Source: Kiritimatiellia bacterium
GTDB lineage: Bacteria > Verrucomicrobiota > Kiritimatiellia > CAIKKV01
Direction: 5' to 3'
Assembly: GCA_044346855.1 (NCBI GenBank)
Contig: JBIIYJ010000003.1
Coordinates: forward strand, 1 to 63,796
Length of the DNA: 63,796 nt
Below, in pieces: positions 48,579 through 57,009 of the stretch. The position numbers and the translations under genes were made by a program. The first letter of the stretch is position 1. Each line of letters begins with the position of its first letter. The notes beneath the pieces are model-generated. The model saw only the letters and a program-made list of their open reading frames with translations, ran no database searches and was not told the origin of the DNA.

Positions 48579-49621
48579 AATCGCTGATTCGACGCAACAT
48601 CCGGCTCATGGCCGGCTACATCCCCGGCGAGCAGCTGGCCGTCCCCGGCCTGGTCAAGCTCAACACCAACGAGAATCCCTACCCGCCGTCCCCCCGGGTC
48701 CGGCGCGCGCTGGCCTCCCTGGACCCCGCGCTGCTGCGCCTCTACCCGGATCCGGTTTGTACCCAAATTCGGAAAATCCTGGCGGCCCGGCACGGGGTGG
48801 AGCCCGCGCGGGTGTTCGTGGGGAACGGGTCCGACGAGGTGCTCCGCCTGATCACCCTGGCGTTCGTGGAGGCCAGCGGGTCGCTGGGCATGTTCACGCC
48901 CTCCTACTCCCTGTATGACGTGCTGGCCGACTCGATCGGCGTCCCGATGCGGAAGGTCCCGCTGGGGCCCGGGTTCGCCTGGCGCCCGCCGCCGGCTTCG
49001 CTGCGCGCCTCGGTCTTCTTCATCACGACGCCCAACAACCCCACGGGGGTCATGTACCCCGCCAAGGCGGTCCGCGCCTTCTGCGCGCGCTTCAGGGGGC
49101 TGGTCGTGATCGACGAGGCGTATGTCGACTTCGCGGGCTGGAACAACATGGACCTGGCGAAGGAGTTCCCCAACGTGCTGGTGCTTCGGACGCTGTCGAA
49201 GTCCTACTCCCTGGCCGGCATCCGGCTCGGATACGCGGTCGGGGATCCGGCCCTGATCGCCGCCCTGCTGAAGCTGAAGGATTCCTACAACGTGAACCGT
49301 CTGACCCAGGCGGCGGCCCTGGCGGCCCTGGAGGACGAGGGCTACATGCTTCGGCAGGCGGAGCGCATCCGCCGCAGCCGGGCCTGGCTGGCCCGCAGCC
49401 TGGCCGCCCTGGGCTTCGAGGTTGTCCCCTCCGAGGCGAATTTCCTGTGGGTCCGGCCGACGCGCGTGGCCGCCGTCACCCTGTTCGAGAAGCTGCGTGA
49501 GCGGAATATCCTGATCCGGTACAATCCGAAGGACTGGCATCCGGAGTACGTGCGCATCACGGTGGGAACCGGGCCTGAGCTGAAACGGCTGCTGGCCGCC
49601 ATCCGGGAGATTCAGGGATGA
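48575..49621 (+). CDS. hisC: Histidinol-phosphate aminotransferase
   Basis: KLNTNENPYPPSP...IDEAYVDF...RTLSKSYSLAGIRLGY with the PLP lysine. ATGA overlap with hisD. Confidence 0.9.
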   Translation: MKSLIRRNIRLMAGYIPGEQLAVPGLVKLNTNENPYPPSPRVRRALASLDPALLRLYPDPVCTQIRKILAARHGVEPARVFVGNGSDEVLRLITLAFVEASGSLGMFTPSYSLYDVLADSIGVPMRKVPLGPGFAWRPPPASLRASVFFITTPNNPTGVMYPAKAVRAFCARFRGLVVIDEAYVDFAGWNNMDLAKEFPNVLVLRTLSKSYSLAGIRLGYAVGDPALIAALLKLKDSYNVNRLTQAAALAALEDEGYMLRQAERIRRSRAWLARSLAALGFEVVPSEANFLWVRPTRVAAVTLFEKLRERNILIRYNPKDWHPEYVRITVGTGPELKRLLAAIREIQG

Positions 49622-51006
49622 AACCGATCACGTTGGCTGAAGCCGCGGCTGAGTTCGAGGCGCATCGCGACCGGTACTGGGCCGACTGGATGGCCGCCGT
49701 CCGCTTCCCGAGCGTGGGGGCCGACGCCGCCCGCCTCGGCGACTGCCGCGCCTGCGCCGCCTGGTTCGCGGAGCGGCTGGAGGCCGCCGGCTTCACGGCG
49801 GAACTGCTGGAGACGGGAGCCCCGCCCGTCGTGTTCGCCGAGCGGAAGGGCCGGGCCGGCCTGCCGGTGATCCTCCTGTACGGCCATTACGACGTGCAGC
49901 CCGCGGATCCGCTGGAGGCGTGGCGCTCGCCGCCCTTCGAGCCCGAGTTCCGCGACGGCCGGCTGTACGGCCGCGGCGCGCAGGACAACAAGGGCCAGCT
50001 GGCCTACGGGCTGGCGGCGCTTGACACGTTGAACCGGTTGGGCGGCGATGGGCTCTGCACCGTCAAGGTGCTGCTGGAGGGGCAGGAGGAGTCGGGAAGC
50101 AGCGCCCTCTCCCTGCGGCTGCCGGAGTGGGCGGACCGCCTGAAGGCCGATGTGCTGCTGGTGACGGACACGTTCCTGGCCGATTCGGGCGCCCCTTCGA
50201 TCGTGATGGGGTTGCGCGGGATCGTGCACTGGACCCTGACCGTCGAGGGGCCCCTGCGCGACCTGCATTCGGGTTCGCACGGCGGCCTGGCCCCCAATCC
50301 GGCCGCAGCCCTGTGCCGCCTGGTCGCGGGCCTGCACCGGCCGGACGGCAGCGTGGCGGTGGAGGGGTTTTACGACGGCTGCCGCGCGCCGACGGCGCGC
50401 GAGCTGGCCCTGCTGGCGCGCGAGCCGTTCGATCCGGAGCGGTACCGGGCCCAGACGGGCGTGCCGCCGGCCGGCGGGGAGACGGCGCGGCCGCCCCTGG
50501 AGCGGCTGGGCTTCCGGCCCACGGTCGAGGTGAACGGCGTGCATGGCGGATACGGCGGCGCGGGCTCCAAGACGATCATCCCGGCAAAGGCCTTTGCGAA
50601 GATGACCGCCCGGCTCGCGGCGGGTCAGGAGCCGGCCGCCGTGCTGGCCGCCCTGGATGCCCATTTCAAGAGGCAGGCGCCGGAGGGGCTGACGGTGACG
50701 ATGGACGAGGCGACGGTCGGCGGCCCGGCCCTCCTGCTGGATGCGGATTCGCCCCTCGCGGCCCGGGCGGCCGGCGTGCTGCGCGAGGTGTGCGGCCGGG
50801 AGCCTGCCTTCCACTGGGAGGGCGCCTCCATTCCCGTGCTGACCCTGCTGGCCCGGGTGGCGGGCGGGGCCCAGCCGCTGCTGACCGGCTTCGGGATGGA
50901 GGACGACCATGTGCACGCGCCGAACGAGTCGTTCGCGCAGGAGCGGTTCCGGCTTGGCTTCCTGTATATGGTGCGGCTCTTGTCGGATTTTTCCTCGAAG
51001 GGTTGA
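49618..51006 (+). CDS. M20-family metallopeptidase / dipeptidase (ArgE/DapE/CPG2-like)
   Basis: LLYGHYDVQPADP...PPFEP...DGRLYGRGAQDNKGQ...EGQEESGS. Confidence 0.85.
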   Translation: MKPITLAEAAAEFEAHRDRYWADWMAAVRFPSVGADAARLGDCRACAAWFAERLEAAGFTAELLETGAPPVVFAERKGRAGLPVILLYGHYDVQPADPLEAWRSPPFEPEFRDGRLYGRGAQDNKGQLAYGLAALDTLNRLGGDGLCTVKVLLEGQEESGSSALSLRLPEWADRLKADVLLVTDTFLADSGAPSIVMGLRGIVHWTLTVEGPLRDLHSGSHGGLAPNPAAALCRLVAGLHRPDGSVAVEGFYDGCRAPTARELALLAREPFDPERYRAQTGVPPAGGETARPPLERLGFRPTVEVNGVHGGYGGAGSKTIIPAKAFAKMTARLAAGQEPAAVLAALDAHFKRQAPEGLTVTMDEATVGGPALLLDADSPLAARAAGVLREVCGREPAFHWEGASIPVLTLLARVAGGAQPLLTGFGMEDDHVHAPNESFAQERFRLGFLYMVRLLSDFSSKG

Positions 51007-51053
51007 TCTGGATAAGGTCAACGGCTAAGGGCGCGGAAAAAAAGGAAACAGAT

Positions 51054-52052
51054 TTGAAAAAGGTACTTATCATTGGAACGGGCGGAATCGGCAAGCGGCA
51101 CATCCGGGGATTTCTGAAAACAGGGCGCGCCAAACTGTGGGTCGTGGAGCCGGTGGAGGAGAAGCGGGCCGAGGTGTTGCGGGACTATGCCATCGAGAAG
51201 GGCTTTGCGGACCTGGGGCAGGCCGACCTGACGGCCTTCGATCTGGCCGTCATCTGCGCGCCGGCCCACGTCCACGTGCCGCTGGCCCTGAAGTGCGCGG
51301 AGGCGGGGCTGCCGTTCCTGACCGAGAAGCCGCTTTCCGCGACCCTGGACGGCGTGGAGGCCCTGCTGGCCAAGGTCAGGGGCAAGGGGATCGAGGCGCG
51401 GGTGGGCTATGTCCGGCGCAGCGCGGTTGAGCTTTTGGAGATGAAGCGGCAGCTTGGCGCTGGCAAGATCGGCGAGCTGCGCATGGCGTACATGAACGCC
51501 TCCCAGGAATTCCCGAAATACCGGCCCGATTACCAGACCACGTATTACGCGAAGAAGGCCATGGGCGGGGGCTGCATCCTGGACGGGGCCAGCCACATGA
51601 TCGACCTGGCGATCTGGTTTTTCGGGGAGCCGCTCGAGGTGAGCGCGATGTACGACCGGCTGTCGTTGACGGGCGTCGAGTGCGAGGACTGCTGCCTGAT
51701 CGCCATCCGGTTCAAGAGCGGGGCGCTGGTCCAGATCTCGATGAACCAGTTCCAGAAGCCCAACGTCAACACGGTCGAGGTGATCGGCACGACGGGCAAC
51801 CTCATGCTCGATATGAGCACGCTCAGGTTTGCCGCCGACGATTCGGGCCAGTGGGCTGAAAAAAATTACATGGAAGGCCTGCGGCCCCTGGAGGCGCACG
51901 AGGCCCGGTTCGCGCTCCAGGCGAACCTGATGCTGGACACGATCGAGGGCAAGCCCTCGCACATGGCCACGCTGGGGGAGGCGTTCCTTAATTTGAAAGT
52001 GGCCCTGGCGGCCAAGCAGTCGGACCGTGAGAAGCGGATTGTCCCGGTCTGA
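51054..52052 (+). CDS. Gfo/Idh/MocA family oxidoreductase
   Basis: TTG 51054 (LKKVLIIGTGGIGKRH) follows an AAAGGAAA SD; there is no nearby in-frame ATG. EKP motif LTEKPLS. Confidence 0.7.
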   Translation: MKKVLIIGTGGIGKRHIRGFLKTGRAKLWVVEPVEEKRAEVLRDYAIEKGFADLGQADLTAFDLAVICAPAHVHVPLALKCAEAGLPFLTEKPLSATLDGVEALLAKVRGKGIEARVGYVRRSAVELLEMKRQLGAGKIGELRMAYMNASQEFPKYRPDYQTTYYAKKAMGGGCILDGASHMIDLAIWFFGEPLEVSAMYDRLSLTGVECEDCCLIAIRFKSGALVQISMNQFQKPNVNTVEVIGTTGNLMLDMSTLRFAADDSGQWAEKNYMEGLRPLEAHEARFALQANLMLDTIEGKPSHMATLGEAFLNLKVALAAKQSDREKRIVPV

Positions 52053-53063
52053 TCAAGGCAGGCTGAGTTCCGCGAAATAGACGTCCGAGGGCATCAGGCG
52101 GTCGGCTTTGGTCCAGGGATCCGAGGGGATGTAGCGGAAGACCGCGTCCAGCACGCCCATGTTGTAGGCGTGGGCCGAATAGTAGCTCAGGCAGATGCGC
52201 CCCTCGGGGTCCTCGATCAGGCCCGGATAAGCGCAATCGCCCGAGGCCGGGATGTGGAGGACCGGTTTGACCGTGCCGCGCCCGAGTTCCCAGACGCCGA
52301 GGCTCCCCGTGCCGGCGTAGAACGTGGTTTCGCCTTCCAGGTCCGGCTTGCGGCGGCCGGTGACAAAGACGCTGTCCTTCACGGCCAGGATCGCGGGACA
52401 GTGGATGACGACGCCGAGGTTGGTCAGCGTCCAGTCCGTGTAGGGAGCGCGGGCGGAGGCGAACCAGCTGTAATCGGGATTGCCGGCCCCCCGCGCCACG
52501 ATCCAGGCCTCGCCATCGGGGCGGAACAGGATGTCCGACTCGTTCAGCGGCAGGTCGGGGCCGACGGTGCACAGCGGAGTCCAGTGGAGCAGGTCTTTCG
52601 AAGTCACCAGCTTGAGCTGGTAGGGCGGGGTCAGGCCGGTACGGATCTGTTCGATGAGCCCGTAGTAGAGGCCGTTGTGCTCCCGCACGCGCCAGAGCCA
52701 GTCCGCACGATCTAAAATAGGTACGGGCTGGCTCCAGGTGAATCCCTCGTCGGAGAAGGCGACATACTGCTGCAGGCAGCCGCCCTCGTATTTTTCATGC
52801 CAGCTGGGGAAGATCATGCCCAGGCGGTCGCCCATCGGGACCAGCTTGGGGTCGCGGTTGTCGCCGGGCACCTTGAGATGGGCGGTCTCGCGGAAACGCT
52901 GGCGGTCCAGGGAGACGGCGAGAACGGCTTCGCCGTCCTGCGAGGCATGCGCCGTGCCGCGGCGGTAGCTGACCCAATAGGCTCCCTTCCAATACACGAG
53001 ATCGGTGAAGCCGTTGTGCCAGCCATCCCTTACCACTGTTGTCTGCCGCAGTATCTTTCCCAT
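52053..53063 (-). CDS. Sialidase/BNR-like beta-propeller protein (intracellular, glycoside-hydrolase-like)
   Basis: Repeated Trp/Asp-containing blade pattern (FSDEGFTWSQP, SKDLLHWTP, PYTDWT). The stop abuts the convergent Gfo stop (tgatca, 52050-52055). Confidence 0.45.
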   Translation of the reverse strand: MGKILRQTTVVRDGWHNGFTDLVYWKGAYWVSYRRGTAHASQDGEAVLAVSLDRQRFRETAHLKVPGDNRDPKLVPMGDRLGMIFPSWHEKYEGGCLQQYVAFSDEGFTWSQPVPILDRADWLWRVREHNGLYYGLIEQIRTGLTPPYQLKLVTSKDLLHWTPLCTVGPDLPLNESDILFRPDGEAWIVARGAGNPDYSWFASARAPYTDWTLTNLGVVIHCPAILAVKDSVFVTGRRKPDLEGETTFYAGTGSLGVWELGRGTVKPVLHIPASGDCAYPGLIEDPEGRICLSYYSAHAYNMGVLDAVFRYIPSDPWTKADRLMPSDVYFAELSLP

Positions 53064-53073
53064 GTCTCCCCCC

Positions 53074-53097
53074 TAATCTTAATCCTAATCTTAATCC
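53074..53097 (-). repeat. Hexamer array (GGATTA AGATTA)x2 abutting the G-rich RBS of the sialidase-like gene
   Basis: Minus strand reads aggattaagattaggattaagatta GGGGGG agac ATG (53063). An 8-bp-stem hairpin at 53096-53123 lies immediately upstream. Confidence 0.95.
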
Positions 53098-53181
53098 TGC
53101 CTGTAACTTCAAGTGCAGGCAGGACGAGACAAACCCAAACGCAATCCTATTTTATACGGAGCGGCTGTGCCACTATAAACG

Positions 53182-53214
53182 AAAAAAACAACCGCCCGGT
53201 CGGCCGGGCGGTTG
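53182..53214 (-). terminator. Rho-independent terminator of hsp20 copy 1
   Basis: 11-bp GC stem caaccgcccgg/ccgggcggttg with a 4-nt loop, followed by T7 on the minus strand. Confidence 0.85.
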
Positions 53215-53237
53215 TCCAGTACAGGAGATGGGAGTGT

Positions 53238-53711
53238 TCAGTCGATTTTAATCTCAATATGTTTTCTGGGCTCTTCCGTCTTCGGGATCGTGACGGTCAG
53301 AACCCCTTTCCGGAATTCCGCCCTGGCCTTTTCGACATCGCCCCTGGCCGGAAGCGGGATGGACCGGTGGAAACTGCCGAAACGGCGTTCCGTCCGAATA
53401 CCACTTTTGGTTTTTTCCTGTCGTTCCTCCTTTTTTTCCCCACTGATCACCAGTGAATTGTCTTCGAGCTCAACCTTCACTTCCTTTTCATCCAGGCCGG
53501 GAAGCTCGGCGGTCACTTTCATTTCGTGGTCCAGTTCCTGGACATCCACTCGCGGGATGAACGTCTCCGACGGTCTGAACAAGTCCGTTTCCCTGCGGAT
53601 CAGGCTGAACGGGCTGAAAAAGTCCTCGTCGTCGAAGAAATCATCCCAACCCGGGGTCCGCGCTTCTTCGCGGCTAGCCTCGAGCGGACGATTTTTCATG
53701 AGACTTTTCAT
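53238..53711 (-). CDS. Hsp20/alpha-crystallin small heat-shock protein
   Basis: VDVQELDHEMKVTAELPGLDEKEVKVEL...RRFGSFHRSIPLP...A.F.KGVLTVTIPK, the canonical ACD pattern. Confidence 0.9.
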   Translation of the reverse strand: MKSLMKNRPLEASREEARTPGWDDFFDDEDFFSPFSLIRRETDLFRPSETFIPRVDVQELDHEMKVTAELPGLDEKEVKVELEDNSLVISGEKKEERQEKTKSGIRTERRFGSFHRSIPLPARGDVEKARAEFRKGVLTVTIPKTEEPRKHIEIKID

Positions 53712-53741
53712 GTTTGATCACCTCCCGTCATACATTGATAA

Positions 53742-53757
53742 AGCATCAGCCATGCCA
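53742..53757 (-). promoter_or_regulatory. Sigma54 (-24/-12) promoter TGGCATGgctgATGCT
   Basis: GG and GC are spaced as in the TGGCAC-N5-TTGCW consensus. The -12 GC lies about 32 nt upstream of the hsp20 ATG 53711. Confidence 0.6.
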
Positions 53758-53920
53758 GACGGCAGGGAATAGAAGGGTGATCGATTTGTAAGGCTTTCCC
53801 CGACGGGCGCAGGGTCAAAAAGACCTTTGAGAGCGCGACAAATTGCCCTAGCGGATCTGGATCAGGGATCCGAAGGCAAGCGGACGCCGGATGCCGATTA
53901 AGGCAGCCCTCCCATCAACG

Positions 53921-53952
53921 AAAAAACCCGTCCGCCGGGGGGGCGGACGGGT
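53921..53952 (-). terminator. Rho-independent terminator of hsp20 copy 2
   Basis: 11-bp stem acccgtccgcc/ggcggacgggt with a G5 loop, followed by T6 on the minus strand. Confidence 0.85.
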
Positions 53953-53979
53953 GTAGCTGGGGGTTTATAAAACGGGCGA

Positions 53980-54429
53980 TCAGCCCGCCTTGATTTCGAT
54001 CCGCTTCGGTTTCTCGGCTTCCGACCGGGGAACCGTGATCTTCAGGATGCCGTTCTTGAACGTGGCGCTCACCTTCCCGGCGTCCGCCTTGTAGGGCAGC
54101 TTCACCGTTCGCGCAAACTCCCCGGCAGGCCGCTCCTGACGATGCCAGGTCTGGTTTTCGCCCACTTCCGGCACGATCCGCTTCGCTTTCAGCGCCAGGA
54201 CATCGTCCACAACGGAAATCTCCGCGTCCTTCGGATCCACCCCGGGCAATTCAACCTCCAGGGTGATCTCATCCGAACTGCCGAACGCGTTCAGCAGGGG
54301 CGTGTAAACTCCCTCCATCCCGTTGCCGTTGCCCCTCTCGAAAAACGAATCCAGGGCATTGTGCACATCCATCAGATCTTCCATCATCGATACCATTCCG
54401 CGAGGCCGCACATAACGAGTCAGTGTCAT
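53980..54429 (-). CDS. Hsp20/alpha-crystallin small heat-shock protein
   Basis: ATG 54429 (MTLTRYVRP...) follows an AAGGAGA SD. ITLEVELPGVDPKDAEISVVDDVLALKAKR...GEFARTVKLP...ATFKNGILKITVPR. The track start 54477 would overlap the promoter. Confidence 0.9.
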   Translation of the reverse strand: MTLTRYVRPRGMVSMMEDLMDVHNALDSFFERGNGNGMEGVYTPLLNAFGSSDEITLEVELPGVDPKDAEISVVDDVLALKAKRIVPEVGENQTWHRQERPAGEFARTVKLPYKADAGKVSATFKNGILKITVPRSEAEKPKRIEIKAG

Positions 54430-54460
54430 AGCAACTATCTCCTTTCTGCCATTGTCTAAA

Positions 54461-54476
54461 AGCAAGGAGCATGCCA
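54461..54476 (-). promoter_or_regulatory. Sigma54 (-24/-12) promoter TGGCATGctccTTGCT
   Basis: Near-consensus match, with the same geometry as copy 1 (about 33 nt to ATG 54429). AT-rich DNA lies upstream. Confidence 0.65.
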
Positions 54477-54606
54477 AAGATGTTTAATCACTATAACAAC
54501 TTTAATAGCAATAACTTATGCATAAAATAATAAACCGCAAGAATGAGACAAAGTGACGCTAAGCTAAGTGCGCAGCCATTCGTTGGTGAGTTATAATGTC
54601 GCTATT

Positions 54607-56001
54607 TTAGCGTTCGGAATCGGGGATATGGATGGCGGCGAAGGCGGTGAGGCCGAAGCCGTTGCTGGGCATCTTGGGCAGGCGGAGTTTTTCCTCGGCG
54701 TGGCCGTTGAGGTTGACGTAAAGGGTGGCGTTGTCGGCGCTCAGCTTGACTCCGTACGTGCCGCAGGGGACGTAGCCGGTCTTGGCCAGGATGGCGTCCT
54801 GGAGAAAGGCCAGGACCTTGCGCTGGCCGGTCTTGACGTTGTACTGGAGGACCGGCGTGCCGATTTTCAGCGAGCTGCCGTGGGCGCCGGGGAGGTAGTA
54901 GACGTATTTGCCGTCGGAGGAGAGCGTGCAGACGGTGGTGTAGTCGCCATCCAGGAAGTCGGGCCCCAGCATTTCGAGCTTGTCAGAGGCCGGCGCGAAG
55001 CGGAAGAGCGACTGCTGCACGGTCTTGTCGCCGCCGAAGGTGGTGCCGTAGATCCAGCCGTCCGCGGATTCCTCCGTGGAGGAGCGCATGACCGCGCCGC
55101 CCGCGAAAACCATGCGGGTGGCCCGGATCTCTTTCTTTTTCGGGTCGAATTTCCACAGCCCTTCCTTGCCGTTGAAGTAGACGCAGCCGTTCCGGGCCAG
55201 CGCCATGTTGCGGTCCTGGGTGACGGCGTCGTAGGGGCTGATGTAGCTGAATTTTCCGGCCCCCAGGTCGTAGGCGGAAAAAGCGACCGCCTTCGGATGC
55301 TTGCCCTCGAGCATGATGTAGAGCGTGTTGTGCGGCTTGTCCATCAGCGTCGTGGCCGTGCACTGGCCGGGGAGATGGCCGGCGATGTCGGTCTTGCCGG
55401 TCGCCGGGTCGTAGCGGAAGATCGGGCTCCCCGGCACGTTCGTCGTCCACGTCTGCGCATGCGCCAGGCCGCCGTCGTTGAGCGTGGTGATGGCGTAGAT
55501 CTTGCCGTCCGCGCCCTCGTGGATGCCGGCGTGGACCTTGGACCAGTAGACGTCGCCCGGCTGGTGCTTGGAGACCGCGTTGACGTCGATGATCTGACGG
55601 AGCTCCTTCCTGGCCGGATCCCAGGCATAGATGAAACAGAACGCGCCGGTCGCGTTGTTGCCGTGGTCGCCCGTCCCCGAATAGACCGTGCCGTTGGAAT
55701 CCACGCCGATGTCGCCCCAGGCCGACCAGCCCGTGCCGTTAAGCGCGGGGTTGGGCAGGTTGCCGTGGTAGGCCAGCTCCACCACCGGCGCGGTCTTCGC
55801 CATCACGAACGGCGCGGTGTTGGCGTTGGTCCGCAGCGCGGCCACGTCCGGCGGAATCGTCAGGAAGTCGTCGGTCCTGATCGTCGCCGTGCCGTTGACC
55901 GCGCCCGGCAGGGCGGGGGGCCAGGACTGGGCTTCGGCGCCGCGGCTTGCGAACAGGGCGGCCAGCGCCAGGGACAGAACGGCATAACGCGTCACGTGCA
56001 T
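54607..56001 (-). CDS. Exported beta-propeller-like protein, unknown function
   Basis: Signal peptide MHVTRYAVLSLALAALFASRGAEA. Repeated blade-like segments (DGKIYAITT, DGWIYGTT, DGKYVYYLP). Confidence 0.5.
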   Translation of the reverse strand: MHVTRYAVLSLALAALFASRGAEAQSWPPALPGAVNGTATIRTDDFLTIPPDVAALRTNANTAPFVMAKTAPVVELAYHGNLPNPALNGTGWSAWGDIGVDSNGTVYSGTGDHGNNATGAFCFIYAWDPARKELRQIIDVNAVSKHQPGDVYWSKVHAGIHEGADGKIYAITTLNDGGLAHAQTWTTNVPGSPIFRYDPATGKTDIAGHLPGQCTATTLMDKPHNTLYIMLEGKHPKAVAFSAYDLGAGKFSYISPYDAVTQDRNMALARNGCVYFNGKEGLWKFDPKKKEIRATRMVFAGGAVMRSSTEESADGWIYGTTFGGDKTVQQSLFRFAPASDKLEMLGPDFLDGDYTTVCTLSSDGKYVYYLPGAHGSSLKIGTPVLQYNVKTGQRKVLAFLQDAILAKTGYVPCGTYGVKLSADNATLYVNLNGHAEEKLRLPKMPSNGFGLTAFAAIHIPDSER

Positions 56002-56091
56002 CGGAGTCTCCCGTTAAAGGCCTCCATCCTATTCCCTCCCGACCGGTTTGCCAAGTCGCGTTTCTGTCCTTGCCATATCGTCGTCCGATAA

Positions 56092-56121
56092 CCGGACACA
56101 CACCTGTCCGGCTTCCGGACA
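56092..56121. promoter_or_regulatory. Inverted repeat CCGGACA-N6-TGTCCGG plus a third half-site; candidate enhancer-binding-protein site
   Basis: The inverted repeat spans 56092-56111, with an extra CCGGACA at 56115-56121. The site lies 55-80 bp upstream of the sigma54-type promoter at 56174. Confidence 0.3.
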
Positions 56122-56173
56122 CTTCCCGCGGAAGCACATTGAAAAAAGCCTGAAAAATGGGGGTTTTTACTGA

Positions 56174-56189
56174 TGGCATGGGGGCTGCT
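56174..56189 (+). promoter_or_regulatory. Sigma54 (-24/-12) promoter TGGCATGggggCTGCT upstream of flp
   Basis: It shares TGGCATG-N4-NTGCT with the two hsp20 promoters. It lies 84 nt upstream of ATG 56273. Confidence 0.5.
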
Positions 56190-56272
56190 TTAGGGGATGC
56201 CGCCGATGCAACCGAAGGAAAGCCAAGGTGGCGGGCCCGGGAGGCGGAGGCGGAAACGAAAAGGAGATCAGG

Positions 56273-56518
56273 ATGAAGGCGAACGACATGATGAAGCGCG
56301 GGTTCGAGGCGGTTGAGACGGCGGGACTGAAGCTGGGCGTCCGGTTGCAGGGCTGGAACAGGCGGCAGGGCAAGCGGGGGCTGAGCACGGTTGAAACCAT
56401 CGCCCTCACGGTCGTGGTGGTGGGCGCCGTGGTGGGCGCCGCGGCGATTCTGAACCCCAAGCTGAACGATCTGATGGGCCGCGCCTTCGACAAGATCGCG
56501 GCGAATTTGGGCATCTAA
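56273..56518 (+). CDS. flp: Flp-family type IVb (Tad) pilin with an unusually long leader
   Basis: ATG 56273 follows an AAAAGGAGA SD. ...RRQGKRG/LSTVETIALTVVVVGAVVGAAAIL resembles the Flp G/xxxxE(Y) processing motif followed by the hydrophobic helix. About 36 aa precede the putative cleavage Gly. Confidence 0.65.
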   Translation: MKANDMMKRGFEAVETAGLKLGVRLQGWNRRQGKRGLSTVETIALTVVVVGAVVGAAAILNPKLNDLMGRAFDKIAANLGI

Positions 56519-56562
56519 CGGAAAGGAGGATCAACTATCAACGACAGGCGGGAGGAGCAACA

Positions 56563-57009
56563 GTGAATAGCCACAATCAAAACGAACAAAAACCAAAGCG
56601 CGGAGATCGTTCGGGTATGTCGATTGTGGAGTTCACGCTCCTCCTGCCCTTTCTTGGCGTCATGGCAGCGACCCTTTTTTCGCTGGCCTTCCTGTTTTAC
56701 CGGTCCGTTGGCCAGTCGCATGCGGCTTTCTCGGCGGCGCGGCACTGCGCTGTCAACGGGAAGGCGGGAGCGGCCGTGATCTACGTCAACGCCGACTACC
56801 GCGCGTATTCGATCCCCGGTTCCCCGGCGGTGAGCGCGCAGTTCATCCCGGGCGCTCCGAGTCGTTGCCGGGTGGAAGTTCGGGATTCCTTTCTGGCGCT
56901 TCTTCCGGGTTCGAACGGCGGGCTGCGCACAAGACCGCGTCCGGGCGCCAAGGTTGTCATCACGGCCGCCGGAACGGCCCCTTGCATGGGAGGCGACAAT
57001 GACCTCTAA
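56563..57009 (+). CDS. tadE: TadE-like pseudopilin
   Basis: GTG start follows a GGAGGAG SD. SGMSIVEFTLLLPFLGVM matches the TadE N-terminal motif. Confidence 0.65.
   Translation: MNSHNQNEQKPKRGDRSGMSIVEFTLLLPFLGVMAATLFSLAFLFYRSVGQSHAAFSAARHCAVNGKAGAAVIYVNADYRAYSIPGSPAVSAQFIPGAPSRCRVEVRDSFLALLPGSNGGLRTRPRPGAKVVITAAGTAPCMGGDNDL

Noticed and set aside
52050-52055. Abutting convergent stop codons (tgatca) of the Gfo-type and sialidase-like genes with no terminator between them.
   Set aside because: This is real but probably just compact genome organisation. No further structure is evident.
56190-56272. A c-di-GMP or other riboswitch in the flp leader.
   Set aside because: I recognised none of the conserved GEMM-type or other riboswitch cores. 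The leader is purine-rich, with no obvious conserved stems.
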